Below, one piece after another: positions 11,983 to 25,547 of a stretch of DNA of 64,000 bases. Location of the stretch: the NCBI GenBank assembly GCA_951406725.2, contig OX597814.1:44826001-44890000 (forward strand), written 5' to 3'. A program made the position numbers and the translations under genes. This DNA comes from Octopus vulgaris. Lineage: Eukaryota. The notes below the pieces were generated by a model. It was given only the letters and a program-made list of their open reading frames with translations, made no database searches and had not been told where the DNA came from. How positions within the stretch are numbered: position 1 is the first letter of the stretch; every line of letters starts with the position of its first letter.

Positions 11983-13068
11983 TATATACACATTCGCACA
12001 TACATATATCAGCTGGCGTATATCTAAGCGAGTGTGACAGTGTTGCACACGTACCCACTCTTATTGCAGTACTTAAAGATTCTTAGACATATAATCTATT
12101 CCAATAAGCAACAATTATGTTGATCAATACTATTTGATATTCTAGTTTATAATAATAGATGAAAGACATTATTTCTTTGATGATCTCCGCTCTTATTAGA
12201 TAAAGGGGAAATAAGTGTATACCGCACCCACCCCAGTTTTAATCACTCTTTACCAATTCTATGAAATGGAGTATTGTAGTTGTAACTTTCAATGACGATA
12301 GAAAAAACACCTATGAAATTTGCAAGTAATTAAAATGCGATTTTACACACTCTCAAAAACGGAAAGGAATAAATAACAAAAATATGGCTTACTGGATGCA
12401 AAATATATCATTTAATATCATAAATTCTTTATGAATATTCTACTGAATATCCAGTAAGTTAGAGAATTACATTAGTAACGTTAATATGTTCATTCTCAAA
12501 TTATAATTTTGTTATATAACATAGCAAAAATATAGGGTAATTTAACTAATACTGTAGTAACAATTATTTGTTTTAGACTAACGGTTTACTACATGGTGAA
12601 GATAACAAAAGCCTAGTTTAAATTATTCTTGAATGCAGCTTGTGATATTAATGTGTGGATTTTAAGCAAGGTAAGTACTGTCGTATTTATAGTTGTATCT
12701 ATAATTTAGACTCCTCATGATTTTCATAATACTAATGCAAAACATCTGGAATTACCTTCAACTAAGCTTTCTACGTATGAAATCTGATAGCATTACTTTG
12801 AATTATGAAGCATACTTTTCGGTGATTTGATAATGTAGGGGCTGAAGTTACTTCTTGTCACATAAATACTGCATATATGAGGTCAAGGTTTTTATATCAT
12901 ATTAAAACTAGAATGCCCGTGTCGTCAAAAATACCAGCATTTTTATTAAGGCAGTAAATGGCGCGTCAAAACAATGGGAGAAGCCATTGACAAATGTCGG
13001 TAGGTGAGTAAATATTGAATCAGCTGAACGTTCAGATGCTTAGTAACATGTTGACTGAAAATATTACC

Positions 13069-13300
13069 TATTTCTTTATTACCCACAAGGGGCTAAACAC
13101 AGAGGGGACAAACAAGGACAGACATAGGTATTAAGTCGATTACATCGACCCCAGTGCGGAACTGGTACTTAATTTATCGACCCCGAAAGGATGAAAGGCA
13201 AAGTCAACCTCGGCGGAATTTGAACTTACAACGTAACGACAGACGAAATACGGCTACGCATTTCGCCCGGCGTGCTAACGTTTCTGCCAGCTCGCCGCCT
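13069..13300 (-). mobile_element. Family B SINE, full-length, with 17-bp target-site duplication
   Basis: Complete head to tail; flanked by identical tgactgaaaatattacc at 13052-13068 and 13302-13318. Confidence 0.92.
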
Positions 13301-13577
13301 ATGACTGAAAATATTACCACCCATGCAATGTGTGTGTGTGTGCGTGTGTGTGTGTGCGTGTGTGTGTGTGCGTGCGTGTGTGAAACATCCGCCATCTCTA
13401 TGCTCGCATGGATCTGGCAGATTTTGTATAGCCGGATCTCAATTCCTTTAACCAATTCTCATCTATTTCCAAGTAAAGTGATATATTCCACTATGCACAG
13501 ACATGATTACAAGGAAGACTGGAGATAACAGTGATAGTTTTGAAATGCGATGGTAAAAATCTTACATTATGCGTATA

Positions 13578-13747
13578 GGAGCAGGAGTGGTAGTGTGGTT
13601 AGTAGCTTGCTAACCAACCACATGGTTCTGGGTTCAATCCCACTGCGTGGCATCTTGGACAAGTGTCTTCTGCTATAGCCCCGGGCCGACCAATGCCTTG
13701 TGAGTGGATTTGCTAGACGGAAACTGAAAGAAGCCTGTCGTATATAT

Positions 13748-13778
<31 letters not shown>

Positions 13779-14003
13779 GGTGTGTGTTTGTGTGTCTGTG
13801 TTTGTCCCCCTAGCATTGCTTGACAACCGATGCTGGTGTGTTTACGTCCCCGTCACTTAGCGGTTCGGCAAAAGAGACCGATAGAATAAGTACTGGGCTT
13901 ACAAAGAATAAGTCCCGGGGTCGATTTGCTCGAGCAAAGGCGGTGCTCCAGCATGGCCGCAGTCAAATGACTGAAACTAGTAAAAGCGTAAAAGAGTAAA
14001 GAG
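13578..14003 (+). mobile_element. tRNA-derived SINE (family A) with internal (TA)n(TG)n
   Basis: Head ggagcaggagtggtagtgtggttagtagc..ggttcaatcccactg, CORE-like gtggcatcttggacaagtgtctt, tail ccagcatggccgcagtcaaatgactgaaac + (gtaaaaga)n. Five copies in the window. Confidence 0.92.
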
Positions 14004-14017
14004 TATATTTTTGATAT

Positions 14018-14018
14018 T

Positions 14019-14098
<80 letters not shown>

Positions 14099-14105
14099 TA
14101 GATTG
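14018..14105. repeat. (GATA)n/(GACA)n microsatellite
   Basis: Direct reading. Confidence 0.95.
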
Positions 14106-14399
14106 ATAAACATATGTAGGTATGTACCTTCATACAGGGAGATAGAATTGCGTCACTAACACAAACACACAAGTACAAAATATATATGTGTGTGTGTGTG
14201 TGTTTCTGTGTGTATTTATATATGTATATATGTATGTATAAATATATCGGGGAAAGTTTTCTTTCAAATATAATGAGACATCATTAGCGATGTTTCACCC
14301 TCTCGTGGGGCCAATAGTGTTATAACAAAATTGGTCACCATTATCACAGAATATTGCTTGCAACCATGATGTAGATGTACTTATTTGAGCTTTTATCTA

Positions 14400-14710
14400 C
14401 TTCTACATCTTATTTTATGTAATTCCATTCTTCCAATGTTATTCCATTCTTTTTAATCCTTCGCTATCGTTTGCAGACAATCACTGCAAACGCATTCACG
14501 TCAAGATGTTTTTTTCATATCCTTATTATGGAGTCTCGGCAATCCTCTTCCGCAGAGTCCACATTTTGGTTCCTCTGTTAAACAGAGTGGAGTACATCCG
14601 AAATACCTGCCCTACCCAGATAAATTGAGATTTCAACACGATATAATTAACCATATGTATCCTTTGTGCCCGGCAGGGTTACCTAGCCAGAGATATAGTT
14701 CCGCTAGAAA
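14400..14710 (-). mobile_element. RTE-clade LINE C-terminal remnant
   Basis: Minus strand LKSQFIWVGQVFRM and LPRLHNKD resemble the RTE motifs QLRWAGHVxRM and PRxRYKD; heavily decayed. Confidence 0.5.
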
Positions 14711-14849
14711 ACAACATTATAACTGTGTGTAACACGATTTTTGTCCTTAGGTGATAACTTTTTTTTTTTTTTCCTATTTGTTTACCCCTAGGAAATATGA
14801 AAAATGGCTAATATTTCCTTCAAACTTTGCTTTTGTTATATTTATTCAA

Positions 14850-15010
14850 TCCCCAAATAATCCTTCGTAACACATGGCTATGAAGCTCCCTTACTACTGC
14901 TGCTCATGATCAGAGATGCTCATATTGTCAACCACTAAGGGACATGACAAGTGGTTATGGTCAAGTAACTGACAAGCGAATCTGTAGTATTGAGCCGAAT
15001 ATTTGCTGTA
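14850..15010 (-). repeat. Family E repeat fragment
   Basis: Reverse-complement similarity to 7940-8100 (aacacatggctatgaagctccc..gatcagagatgc..gggacatg..ctgacaagc). Confidence 0.7.
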
Positions 15011-15735
15011 ACGATATTTCTGCTTCAGAAACTGAGCGTTGACACTGTTTTAAATGTAATACAATCAAAACATTGATTTCAAAATCACAAGAGTCAAGTT
15101 TGAAGGGAATAGCAGTCATTCCCTTTTATTTCAAGATAGGAGCGAATAGGAAATAAGACTTACAAGCCAAAGATGTAACAAAAAAATAATTAGTAGCTGG
15201 TGCTCACCATGTGTCAATGGTACAGTGTACAGTCAGATCACCAATGGTACCCATCACGCACACACACACACAGAGGAACTAGTTTCGTCAGTAATTACCT
15301 CGGATTCTGGGTTCCATAACCTGAAAATTCTTTGTAATTTGGGTTCTTTTCACATCTCAAATAAATAGTTTTAAAAATAATTCCAGTTTCTAAAACAATA
15401 ATAGGCCACGTGTATTTGTATGATATGTATATTTCGCTTTGTTACTTTTGAATAGAGTTATAAAATGATGAGTGGGATTTAAACAAAATCTGAATTCCAT
15501 TTGCCGCCAAGCTTTCTCGCTATATTTTTTGAAGCCATATTAATATATGAAATAATGACACAATCAACTGATAATATCTGTCTTATAATATCTAAGGTTA
15601 TTTCTCAGTTCATATACATAAAAAATTCTATTTGAAGTCTTTGTGAATGAAGAAACACTCATTTAAAATTAATATAATAATTAATATCTATGTCATATAT
15701 ATACATATGTGTGTGTGTTCATATATATATATATA

Positions 15736-15788
<53 letters not shown>

Positions 15789-15899
15789 ATGTATGTATGA
15801 GCGAATTCCTGCACCGTAAGTTAGCAGTAAATTTACCAATGAAAATCAAATGACCTCCGTATATCATTCAGGATGAAATAGACTTTAATAACGAAGGTG

Positions 15900-17110
15900 A
15901 TAACCGATATCTCATAATTGATAAAGGCATAGACATTTCAATTACTCAAATTTTTACTATTTTCCGAGATACTTGGATGTAAATACTCATTAATTGGTAG
16001 ACGCGTTGTTAGCTACAGTAATTATCAAGACTGGAATGTTTTCTCAGTCTTTGCTATGCTCTCTATTTACCTTGCGGGGAAAGAAATATTCCTCTGGAAA
16101 ATATACAATTCGCAAACTATGATTATTCTTTCATGACATGCACTATAAGTGTTTCATCATTAAAAAATGATGTGCATATATTGTTCTTTCTCTCTTTGGG
16201 CTAATCATGCTGTCAGCATATTGCACTCGATTTACAGGCCTTCGTGAAAGTTTTACTGCCTTAATCTTCTCGCAGCAAGAGACAATGAGGGTTTACACTT
16301 ATTCAAGAAGGTATCGTGACAAAAAATCCCTAGACTTGCCCAAACAAAAATGGCTTTCTCAAGAAAGACCTTTTTTAGAGTGACAGAACTGTTTGAACTT
16401 TTACTCCTTATTACCGAAATGCATGAAAACCTGTAAAGGCCGATGGCATCAAGAGAATTTATATGCAATCATGGAATTAAGTACACACTAATGTTCTTCA
16501 GTATGTGTGAGTGTTAATTTTCTGATTGTTGAATTCTGTTTTGAAGATTTCAGTTTACATCGCCTGTGTTTAATCTCATAAGAATTTAAAACTCTCTTGA
16601 GTATCTTTATTGAATGCGAATTACTGAAAAGCATTAAATTATCAGAAACTGACACAAGCAATGAAATAAATTACAAAAATATTAATAAGAACCTTTTGAT
16701 GATGAAATCAGAGCTAGACGATTTAAAACTGTTTGCTTTGCTTGGAATTCCTTGTAGAACATTTTATTCAAATCACAAAAAGTTTCCTTTCATTGAAGAG
16801 GGGAATTATCACTAAATTGAAAATAATAAACGGGAATGTAGCTTGTGATTCCAGCATATTTCTATGTCTCTGATTCTACTAGCAGATCATTTCCCAGCAA
16901 CTGCAACAGAAATCATCAAGCAATTCACCTCACCCTGCAAGAAATATTCCTGAATACACTAATACAAGTTAAATGACATGGCAGATGGACTTCATAATTT
17001 AAAATATGATTCGTTATCAAATTTCAAAATAATTTATCTTGTTACATTCGTCAGCAATTCGTTGAAATAATATTTTCTCTGATGAACTCTAGCAAAACAG
17101 AAAACAATAA
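15900..17110 (+). mobile_element. Probable very old hAT transposase remnant
   Basis: Scattered peptides RNIPLENIQFANYD, KIPRLAQTKWLS (TRW-like) and FPATATE (hATC PxTxAxxER-like), broken by many stops. Boundaries are uncertain. Confidence 0.4.
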
Positions 17111-17163
17111 AACTTTGAAGGCCGAAACATTAAATATACATAACATGCAAAGTAGTAATCGGC

Positions 17164-18051
17164 AGGGCGTCCTAGCTAAATTTGACAATGCTTTATGTCT
17201 CATTTTACAAAAAGAAACAGCATAGTGTGTTGGTGAACAGTCAACGGCATTGCAGAGCATAAATTTAAAAGTTGTAGTGGAACAAATTCTAGCTGATATA
17301 AAGCGCTGGAAGCCGTTTGAACAGTGGAAAAGAGATATCTATATCATGACGATACGTTCAGGATATCAAGACACTGACATCATGACAACTGCTAATTGCT
17401 CTGTGAACACTATAAAGACTGTAAGACATGGCATAGACAGCAACGGACACTACTAACCGTAGCCAGCAGGAAATGATACAGCAGGCATTCTGACTACGTC
17501 CACAGTACGGAGTTCGTCCCCCAATCGCTAAACAGTGACTTAGGTTCAATTCAGACAGCTAAGTGAAACTTCTGGAGATGTAGTGAATGCTGACTGGAAA
17601 GGGGTGCTACTGAAAAGCTATATGTGTGGCAGCAGGACTGGGTACTTGCCACTCCTCCTGGAAAATGTTAGAAGTAGTTGTCAGAGAATTTCTACAACTA
17701 CATTGGCCTCATAATTCCCCCTATTGTAATCCCATGCATTATGTGTGGGGTGCGGTTGACATCAACCACTTTGCCAGCAATACCAATGCCGAGCTGGTGC
17801 CAAGAATCAAGGACATGCTCGAAGATCTTCCAAGGGACACAATGAGGAATGTATGAGCCAGGTTCCGGAGCCGTCTAGAAGCTTGAGTGGAAGCTGATGG
17901 TAGCTAGTATTAGAAAGCTGCTATCAACTAGCCATAATCAAATGATAGTTTTCTGATATTTTAAAATACTTTAATTTTCGGATTGGACAGCGTGTTTTTA
18001 CTTTTCTTATTCCCCTTTTATGCAAACTACCAAATTTAACCTGAACTTTGT
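17164..18051 (+). mobile_element. Second maT (DD37D) element, internally deleted
   Basis: N-terminus KRDIYIMTIRSGYQDTDIMTTANCSVNTIKTVRH; C-terminus HWPHNSPYCNPMHYVWGAV..ARFRSRLEA; left TIR-like cagggcgtcctagctaaatttga. Confidence 0.78.
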
Positions 18052-18420
18052 TTAATTACTGTCATGTTAATAGAAATATTATGGTATACATCATGTATGA
18101 GTCGGGAAAAGGACTTGCAAGAAGTGCATGCAGCTGCATTGACAGCTAAACCGTACTTACATTCATACAAATAGAAAATATCAAGAGAAGAAGAGAAGAA
18201 ATAATCATGGTATTGCGTGAATATATATATATAAATTAAAATCACAATAAGGGTGAAAAAAATTGAATATTAATTAATAACATCAATTCAAAACACCAAG
18301 TGGCCTAGCGTATAAAAATATGTTCTCAAACCGGCAGTAAATTCTTTAGTGGCGGATTCCCTTTGCGTATCTATATCTACCGTTAGAGTGACCACATGGT
18401 GGACTCTCTCTTATTATTTG

Positions 18421-18497
<77 letters not shown>

Positions 18498-18499
18498 AA

Positions 18500-18700
18500 T
18501 ACCACTAGATTTCTTTTTCGCTTGATATCTTTATAATCTGAGAGTTTATTTTCAGTTTGGCTGAGGGTTTCTTGAAAATTTTATCGGAGGTCCTGGTCTC
18601 TTGAATCTATGCACCATACAAAAGACTAGATAGTAATATTGCTCGATACATTTTGTGCTTTGCTACCAGTTTTATTCGCCTATCACTGAAGCAGTATTTT
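18500..18700 (-). mobile_element. RTE-clade LINE fragment
   Basis: RRIKLVAKHKMYRAILLSSLLYGA resembles RTE TKxKVYRAxVLxxLLYG. Confidence 0.55.
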
Positions 18701-18769
18701 CTGGAATGTATACACATACATATAAACATACACACAGATACATATATATTCTTAGACAACTCCAACCAC

Positions 18770-18940
18770 ACACTCGGCGACGTGTTGTGTTCCTGAGCAA
18801 AACAATTCATCTCATATTTTTCCAGTACACTGAGTCGAGAAAATGGAGTAATCCTGCGACTAAAGTTCTACAAGGAGATGCCCCAGCATGGCTACAGTTT
18901 AATTATTGAAACAACTAAAGAAGTAAAGAAACAAATAAAA
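18770..18940 (+). mobile_element. Degenerate SINE fragment (family C-like body with family A-like tail)
   Basis: gttgtgttcctgagcaaaaca.. followed by ccccagcatggctacag..tgaaacaactaaagaagtaaag. Confidence 0.55.
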
Positions 18941-21339
18941 GATATATATATATGCTGCTAATGTGATGTTACTTCAATCTCCAACCTTTAGGCTGAAATG
19001 CATAAAAGAATATACAGATGGTGGCTGAAACTCGCGTATGAGTAATTCCATTGCATGTCTCTTCTCTTACACGTAAGTATCGTGGATGTTGTTTTTCAGT
19101 CAGACTATAGGCCTACACTTGTTTTTTCAGATGTGGTAATGATGGACACATCTTGCGGAAGGAAATTAGAGTTTACTACCTACGCTGACGCATATCCTTA
19201 TATCACTATGGCATTTTTCATTGAGTGTTTTGCCCTTATTAGCATTGGCCAGCCATAGTAAGCAACTTACAACAATGATCTTAAAAATCAAGCAACGCCC
19301 TTGCTTGAATCTCTTAAATTGAGAGAAAAGCTTGACACAAGATTAATTCCTCTCTGTACTCAACATTGGATGCAAACAAAAGAACAAGTCTATATCATTG
19401 GATCACAAAATTCGCAGGTGTGTTACAGCAAAGTTTTCTTTCTCCGAGAGAGAAGATATGTATACACATATCTACACACACGCGCACGCACACACACACA
19501 CACACACAGGTGTGTATATATATATATATATATATATAACACTTACCACACAAGCACATGCACACACCGATACGTACGCATACATAGTCATCCATGAATA
19601 CACACATATGAATATACTCTTTTGTGTATGAGCGCATGATATAAACGAAAAAAAACTATTAAAAAATTGGTGCTTTACAAAGGAAGTCTCTTGCGATATG
19701 TATTCTGTAGCAAAAACCAAACACTTTCTTATCAACGTTGTCATCAAAAATATAGTTAAATGGTGATTCCCTTGTTGAAATCAGTAAATTTCGACGTTAT
19801 ATTTCATCACGTTTTTATCACAATATGAAGGCAAATTTCTTTTCTTTGTTAACTTTTCCTACAATAAAACAGTAGTTAATTTTTGCATTCCATTTTTCTA
19901 GTCACCTTTCTAACATTTGGATAATGTCAAAACAAAAATCTCTCTCACTGCTCTTCCTTCAGCATATATGATTTACAATAAAGTTGTGTGTGAATTATGA
20001 TTTCATACTCATATTCCATTTCATATACATCCTCGAGTAAAGCCACAAAGCGATCTTTATAGTTTTCAACCTTGGTACTACGGAATAAATCTATTGGAAG
20101 TTCAGAAAATATTTCACGTTCATTTTCCTCATTTGTCTTCAATGTGTGAAAAAAGAACTGACGTTTCTTTCGCTATCCGATGTATGGATAATAAATGTCT
20201 TGTTTTTCATCTTTTCATAAGTAACATATTGAATTTTAGGTTCAGCCTATATTAAAGAATATTATTCATTCTCCAGTACTCACTCTTATAGTGTTGCAAT
20301 GCTTTGCTTTGTTTTATGCACTCTGTTTGGTGCAATATTTCATATGAGTGGAGCAAGGTCTCCTTCATCATGTATTACACTCCCGGAATCTTTTTCATGA
20401 GGATATTTTTCCTTAATATTTTCTCAAACTTCGATACTCCAGTAATATAAATATAGCCAACAAATACATACTTTATGAGTTCTTAGATATTTTTCTACAA
20501 ATGAAAAGGCGTTTCTTCGAATCTGGTTATTACTAGACGACTAAGAGGCAGGAACTTTAGAGTCTCATTATACCAATGCAATAATAATTGTTATTAAAGC
20601 AGAATCTATTTTCTTCCTTTGCTCTCCATTTCGCCTTCTAGTGTACATTTTAATTTAAAGTTTTGAACCCACACCTATGTGTTTCATCCAGTGTTTTTTA
20701 GCTGTTGTAATGCATATGTGGAAATGGTGTGAATCGGTAGTGTTGTTCAAGACATACGTTTGAATTTCTCAAATATAAATGTGGTATCCTGAAGTCGTTT
20801 TAGTGTTCTGAAATCATTTATAATTAAGAGAAGCCAATCTATTACAATTAATTCTTGAACAGCGTTCTTTCAAAATTAAATATGGTCTCTCTGATGATGA
20901 CATCATCGTTAACGTAATCAGACCAGACTATTTTAATATGGATCGTAGACAACACTGATGAAGTTGCTAGAGCAGCGGCACATGCTAACTGTATAGAATC
21001 CCCGATTCGAATCTATACCAAGGACTGACTAGTCAGGTCATGTAATCATATCTGTTACCTCTTACATGTTTCAGTCACTTGTCTGCCGCCATACTGGGCC
21101 ACCACCTTGAATAATATTTACATATAATTTCATAGGGTCGGTTTCTATGGCGTATGTATTTACTCCTGGATAAGATTTTCCATCAACTCAGTAGACTAGA
21201 GCAACGTGAAACGAAGTGAATATATGTAGGATCTAGTAGAAATATCAAGAATGATTTCTCAATACAATTTAGAGGAGCAATCATCAATGAGTAGATGGCT
21301 ATAAATGTTTCCACCATCGCATAGTTGTGGTTGCCTTTA

Positions 21340-24135
21340 GCACTACCAATACTAAGCTGTTCACTGAACGGAAGAATGGCACCTTATCGTGCACAAAAGA
21401 ACACTTGGGTGATCGTATCGAAGACACCTACAGTGATCCACACCACTGCCACTTATTAATAGGCTAAAGCATCTCTTAGAACCTGATATCGAATTTCAAA
21501 CTGGGGACAACAGGGAGAAAGGTGAATAATGATTTCTTGAGAAAAGCTAGAGCAAAGAGTACTCCGGGAGTTGATGGCGTCTCGTATAAAGTATACAAAT
21601 ATTTCAATCATCTGCGAAAGAACCTATTTGTCCTACTCCGACAGCTGTGGCGCGAAGAAACTCTTGTAGAGAATTGGTAAGACGGAAGGCGAGTATATGC
21701 TGAAACATTGTCAGATGCAAATTGTGAAACAAGCCGAGGTTGGATTAACAGCAACTGATAACTCAAATTGATAATCTGCCGAAGGAGGTCAATGCAGAAT
21801 GTGGAAAGCAAAATCTTTATGGGTATTCTCTCAAGGAGAACAGTGGCATATTTACAGAGTAATAGATATGATGATCAATCTGTTCAAAAAGCCGGAATCA
21901 CTGGGGTACCTGGATGCGTTTATCATTGTTTTTCGATTTGGAAAGCGATCTAGGATGCCAAACAGAACAAGACAAGTCTGAACATGGTATGGCTTTACCT
22001 AGCTAATGTATATAGCTAGAGCCACACCAATTACTGATGATAACCATGGACCATTTCCACATTCCAAACAAAGTAACAAGATTAATGGGGATTTATTATG
22101 ACAGTTTCCAGATGAGGTTTACAGCTGGACATTTTACAATAGATTGGCATTGACTGGAGATTGGCATCGCTGCTGCCTGCACAATATCTGTCACGTGGTT
22201 TATCTTAGTCATGAAGATGATTTTGAAAGCAGTGGACATTTCGGAACAAATCAATCATGTAAATCACTTTAGAAAGGCCTTCATGGATGACGTGACACTT
22301 CTAGCAACAGACAAGCAGATCATGCAGAGTGCCCTCTTGATGCTAGAAGAGCTTGTGAAGTGGTCAAGGATGCGATTCAGAGCAAAAAAGTTACGTAATC
22401 TGAAGTGCAAAAAGAATTATAGTTTAAAGTTTCAAATAGCTGAAGAAAGTATTCCAACAGTCAAGGAAGAACCCCTCAAGTGCTTGGGCCGAGTATATGC
22501 TGAAACATTGTCAGATAGGAGTCGCGGGATGATTATTATGAAACAAGCTGAGGTTTTATTAACAGCAATTAATAACACAAAGATACCAGGTAAATATAAA
22601 ATTTGGTGCTTACAGTTCGGCTTGTATCCGCGACTTTCATGGTCACTTTTAATATACGAGGTAGCATTGTCACGAGTTCAAATCGTTGAACAAAAATGTA
22701 ATATATTCATTAGAAAGTGGCTAAGCCTACCTTGGATACTGGACAGTTCAACTCTATCGTTAAAAAGGCTCGTTGCAGTTACCACTGGCGTCAACAGTCG
22801 AAATTTATAAACTACGGAAAGTACGAGCTGTGATGATGTTGAAAGAGTCAAAGGACATAAGAATCAGGCGTAACCCACCAGATGTAAAAACGACCAGGAA
22901 GTACAAAGCAGGAGCAAAGACTGATGGCATTCTCTGTTCTCTTACACACCGAGATATGATGGGTGCAACACAAATTCAACGGAAGGGACATGGTTTGGGC
23001 GCAGATCAGTTCAGACCGTTTGCAAGTATGATGCGGAGTGAACGCAGATCTGTTGTTAGCAACCGCGTCAAATCAAGAGCAACAGAGAGAAGAGAGCTTC
23101 ATTTGATCCAATGCACTCAACAAGACAGATGACGAGATGGGAGGAACATCTTCTTGAGAGAAAAATAAGCTGGAATGAGATATGAAGGTGGACTACATCA
23201 TGGTTAAGTATTCTGATTCGTTCACCCTATGATGTTTTGCCATCGCCTACAAATCTAGTAAGATGGAACGTCTCAGAGAATGATATATACAAATGCGGAA
23301 GGATAGGAACACTGAAACATATATTTTCCAACTGTTCACTACCATTGAATAGATATATATATGGATATAAAACCTGGTTCTTAAGCTTATATTCAATGCT
23401 ATAAAGAACCAAATTGCTTTCATCAACAGTGGGAAAATACCGTTGAAAGAACCAACCAGAGATTTCATTACCTTCGTGCGCTCAGGACAGCAGATCCGTT
23501 TCAAGAAGAAACTTCCTGTGAGCGATGAAAAGTGGAACGGCTATTGGGAGGTGGCTGCTGATTTATCAGGGTGCCAAGGATTCTTTCCCATCCCAGTAAC
23601 AAAAACCTAAACTGATATCATGTAGTATGAAAGAAGAAAGTGGTGAATCTAGTCAAGTTAATGGTTCCTCATGAAGATAACATGGATGCCGCTCAGGCCC
23701 GCAAGATTGACTTTTATGTAAACCTTCTCGAGGAATGTGAAGACGCAGGCTGGAAAGCGGAGTATTTTCCAATCGAAGTTGGATGTAGATGATTCGTTGG
23801 ACACAGTGTGAGGTGATAGTTGTTATCGTTAGGCCTAACATATCGTAAAGTAAATACCACCAGGAACGACATCCAAACTACAGTGGAAAAGGCTAGCCAC
23901 TGGCTTTGGTTAAAAAGAGACGCTGATCGATGGCTAGAAGGGTATTGAGCTTTATTATTTGATAACCAGTTGATCTAGCAAGCGGGGCTTCATACCGTTG
24001 CGCAATGATGCTATCGAGAGGTAGGCCCCGAACGGTGCGCATTATCTCCTGACGGCCCCATACACTCGCTGGCTTCCGGTATGCGGAGCTTTCGACAGGT
24101 AGCACTTGCATGTGCAAATTGTTTGCAAAACATCA
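21340..24135 (+). mobile_element. Hero-clade non-LTR retrotransposon (RT, CCHC, restriction-like endonuclease), 5'-truncated and pseudogenised
   Basis: KNGTLSCTKE..YSDP, KARAKSTPGVDGVSYKVY, SVQKAGITGVPGC, GIAAACTIS, KAFMDDVTLL, LQFGLYPRLSWSLLIYEV, KCGRIGTLKHIFSNC, LMVPHEDNMDAAQARK, GWKAEYFPIEVGCR. Many stops and frameshifts; about 190-bp 3' UTR shared with 63400-63900. Confidence 0.9.
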
Positions 24136-24179
24136 ATTTGGAGTGTATTGAGTCTTGGTTCGTGATGGTGTATAGACAA

Positions 24180-24560
24180 TAACTAAAGGTAGCTGAAACC
24201 AATCTCCAGTTCTTCAGATTGATCGTGGAATCAAAGGTTTCCGTAATGTTCTGAAAATAAACCACCGATTCGCTGAATGAGTCAGCGGAGTACAATTAGC
24301 AACACGTGCTAGACCATTATGTGATGCAATCTATTTAGATGAGTAACTATGATATCCTCCCGATTTCTACAATTCTTTAACTGCAAATATCATACCAACG
24401 GTTTCTCTGTTTCGACAAAATACATGCTCGTTGAAGACAGCATTCTTCTACAACTGAAATGTAACAAAAAGGAACGCTGTGGGTCACACACCTTCGTAGG
24501 TTATCAAAGTGCCAGATTTTAATACACTTCACATAATCCTTTTTTTTTCAGCGTACTAAT
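24180..24560 (-). mobile_element. RTE-like RT remnant
   Basis: NRETVGMIFAVKEL (RSTxDMIFxxRQL-like) and FQNITETFDS (FxDLxKAFDS-like). Confidence 0.45.
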
Positions 24561-24912
24561 TCATATCAAAAATCGGTCTCCCCCGCTGAAAAGAATATTT
24601 GTAGACACTGTTATCCGTTCTGAATGGAACAGAAGAATGCTTTAGCTCAGATTCCGGACCGGTATGAGAAAGAAGTGGTCCCCATGTTGTGAGATGTTTA
24701 GTTATACAGAGTGGTGATGATTTTGCTTCCGATCAACAATTTTACAGCCTGTTGTTCCGAGACATACATGTTATCCAAAGCCTCTTCACCATTACTATCA
24801 AGATTCGTCTCCCTGTCTGTACTTGAAAAAACTTTACACTTACACAGCCATTTTTGATTTAACATGACTGTAGTCATTTCGAATGGATGTGTTCTATAAT
24901 AGAAGGATTTTC

Positions 24913-25154
24913 GGCACTGTCATGCCTTTGGTTGTCAGAAGTGAAAGTAGTCAACTTCGTGTATTTCCGTCAGGTTTATACCTTCGTTAATTTACGCCGT
25001 TTATTTACGTACCACCACGCTGTTAGGTTTATAAAACAATTGAAGTTCAGTTTAAAGTTTATAAATAAATACATTTCATGTGTAATGTATACACATGTGT
25101 ATATATATATGTATGCACATGTATATATACACATATATAATTATATGTATACAC

Positions 25155-25218
<64 letters not shown>

Positions 25219-25547
25219 AGACACATCTTTAATTAAACTATTGACCGCCTTAAAACGGATTTCAACAGAAAAATATTACTATAATGGATAATATAAGCAT
25301 ATAACTACTTATACACACATAAAAACAATAATGAATAATGCAAGAATATATTTATTTATAAAGTTTAAACAGAACATGGAATGAAATGTATTTATTTATA
25401 AACTTTAAACTGAACTTCAATTGTTTTATAAACCTAACAGCGTGGTGGTACATAAATAAACGGCGTAAATTAACGAAGGTATAAACCTGACGGAAATACA
25501 CGAAGTTGACTACTTTCACTTCTGACAACCAAAGGCATGACAGTGCC
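24913..25547. mobile_element. Foldback MITE with 167-bp TIRs and 8-bp TSD, Merlin-type
   Basis: 24913-25079 is the reverse complement of 25381-25547 with one visible mismatch; termini GGCACTG..CAGTGCC; ggattttc duplicated at 24905-24912 and 25548-25555. Confidence 0.93.
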
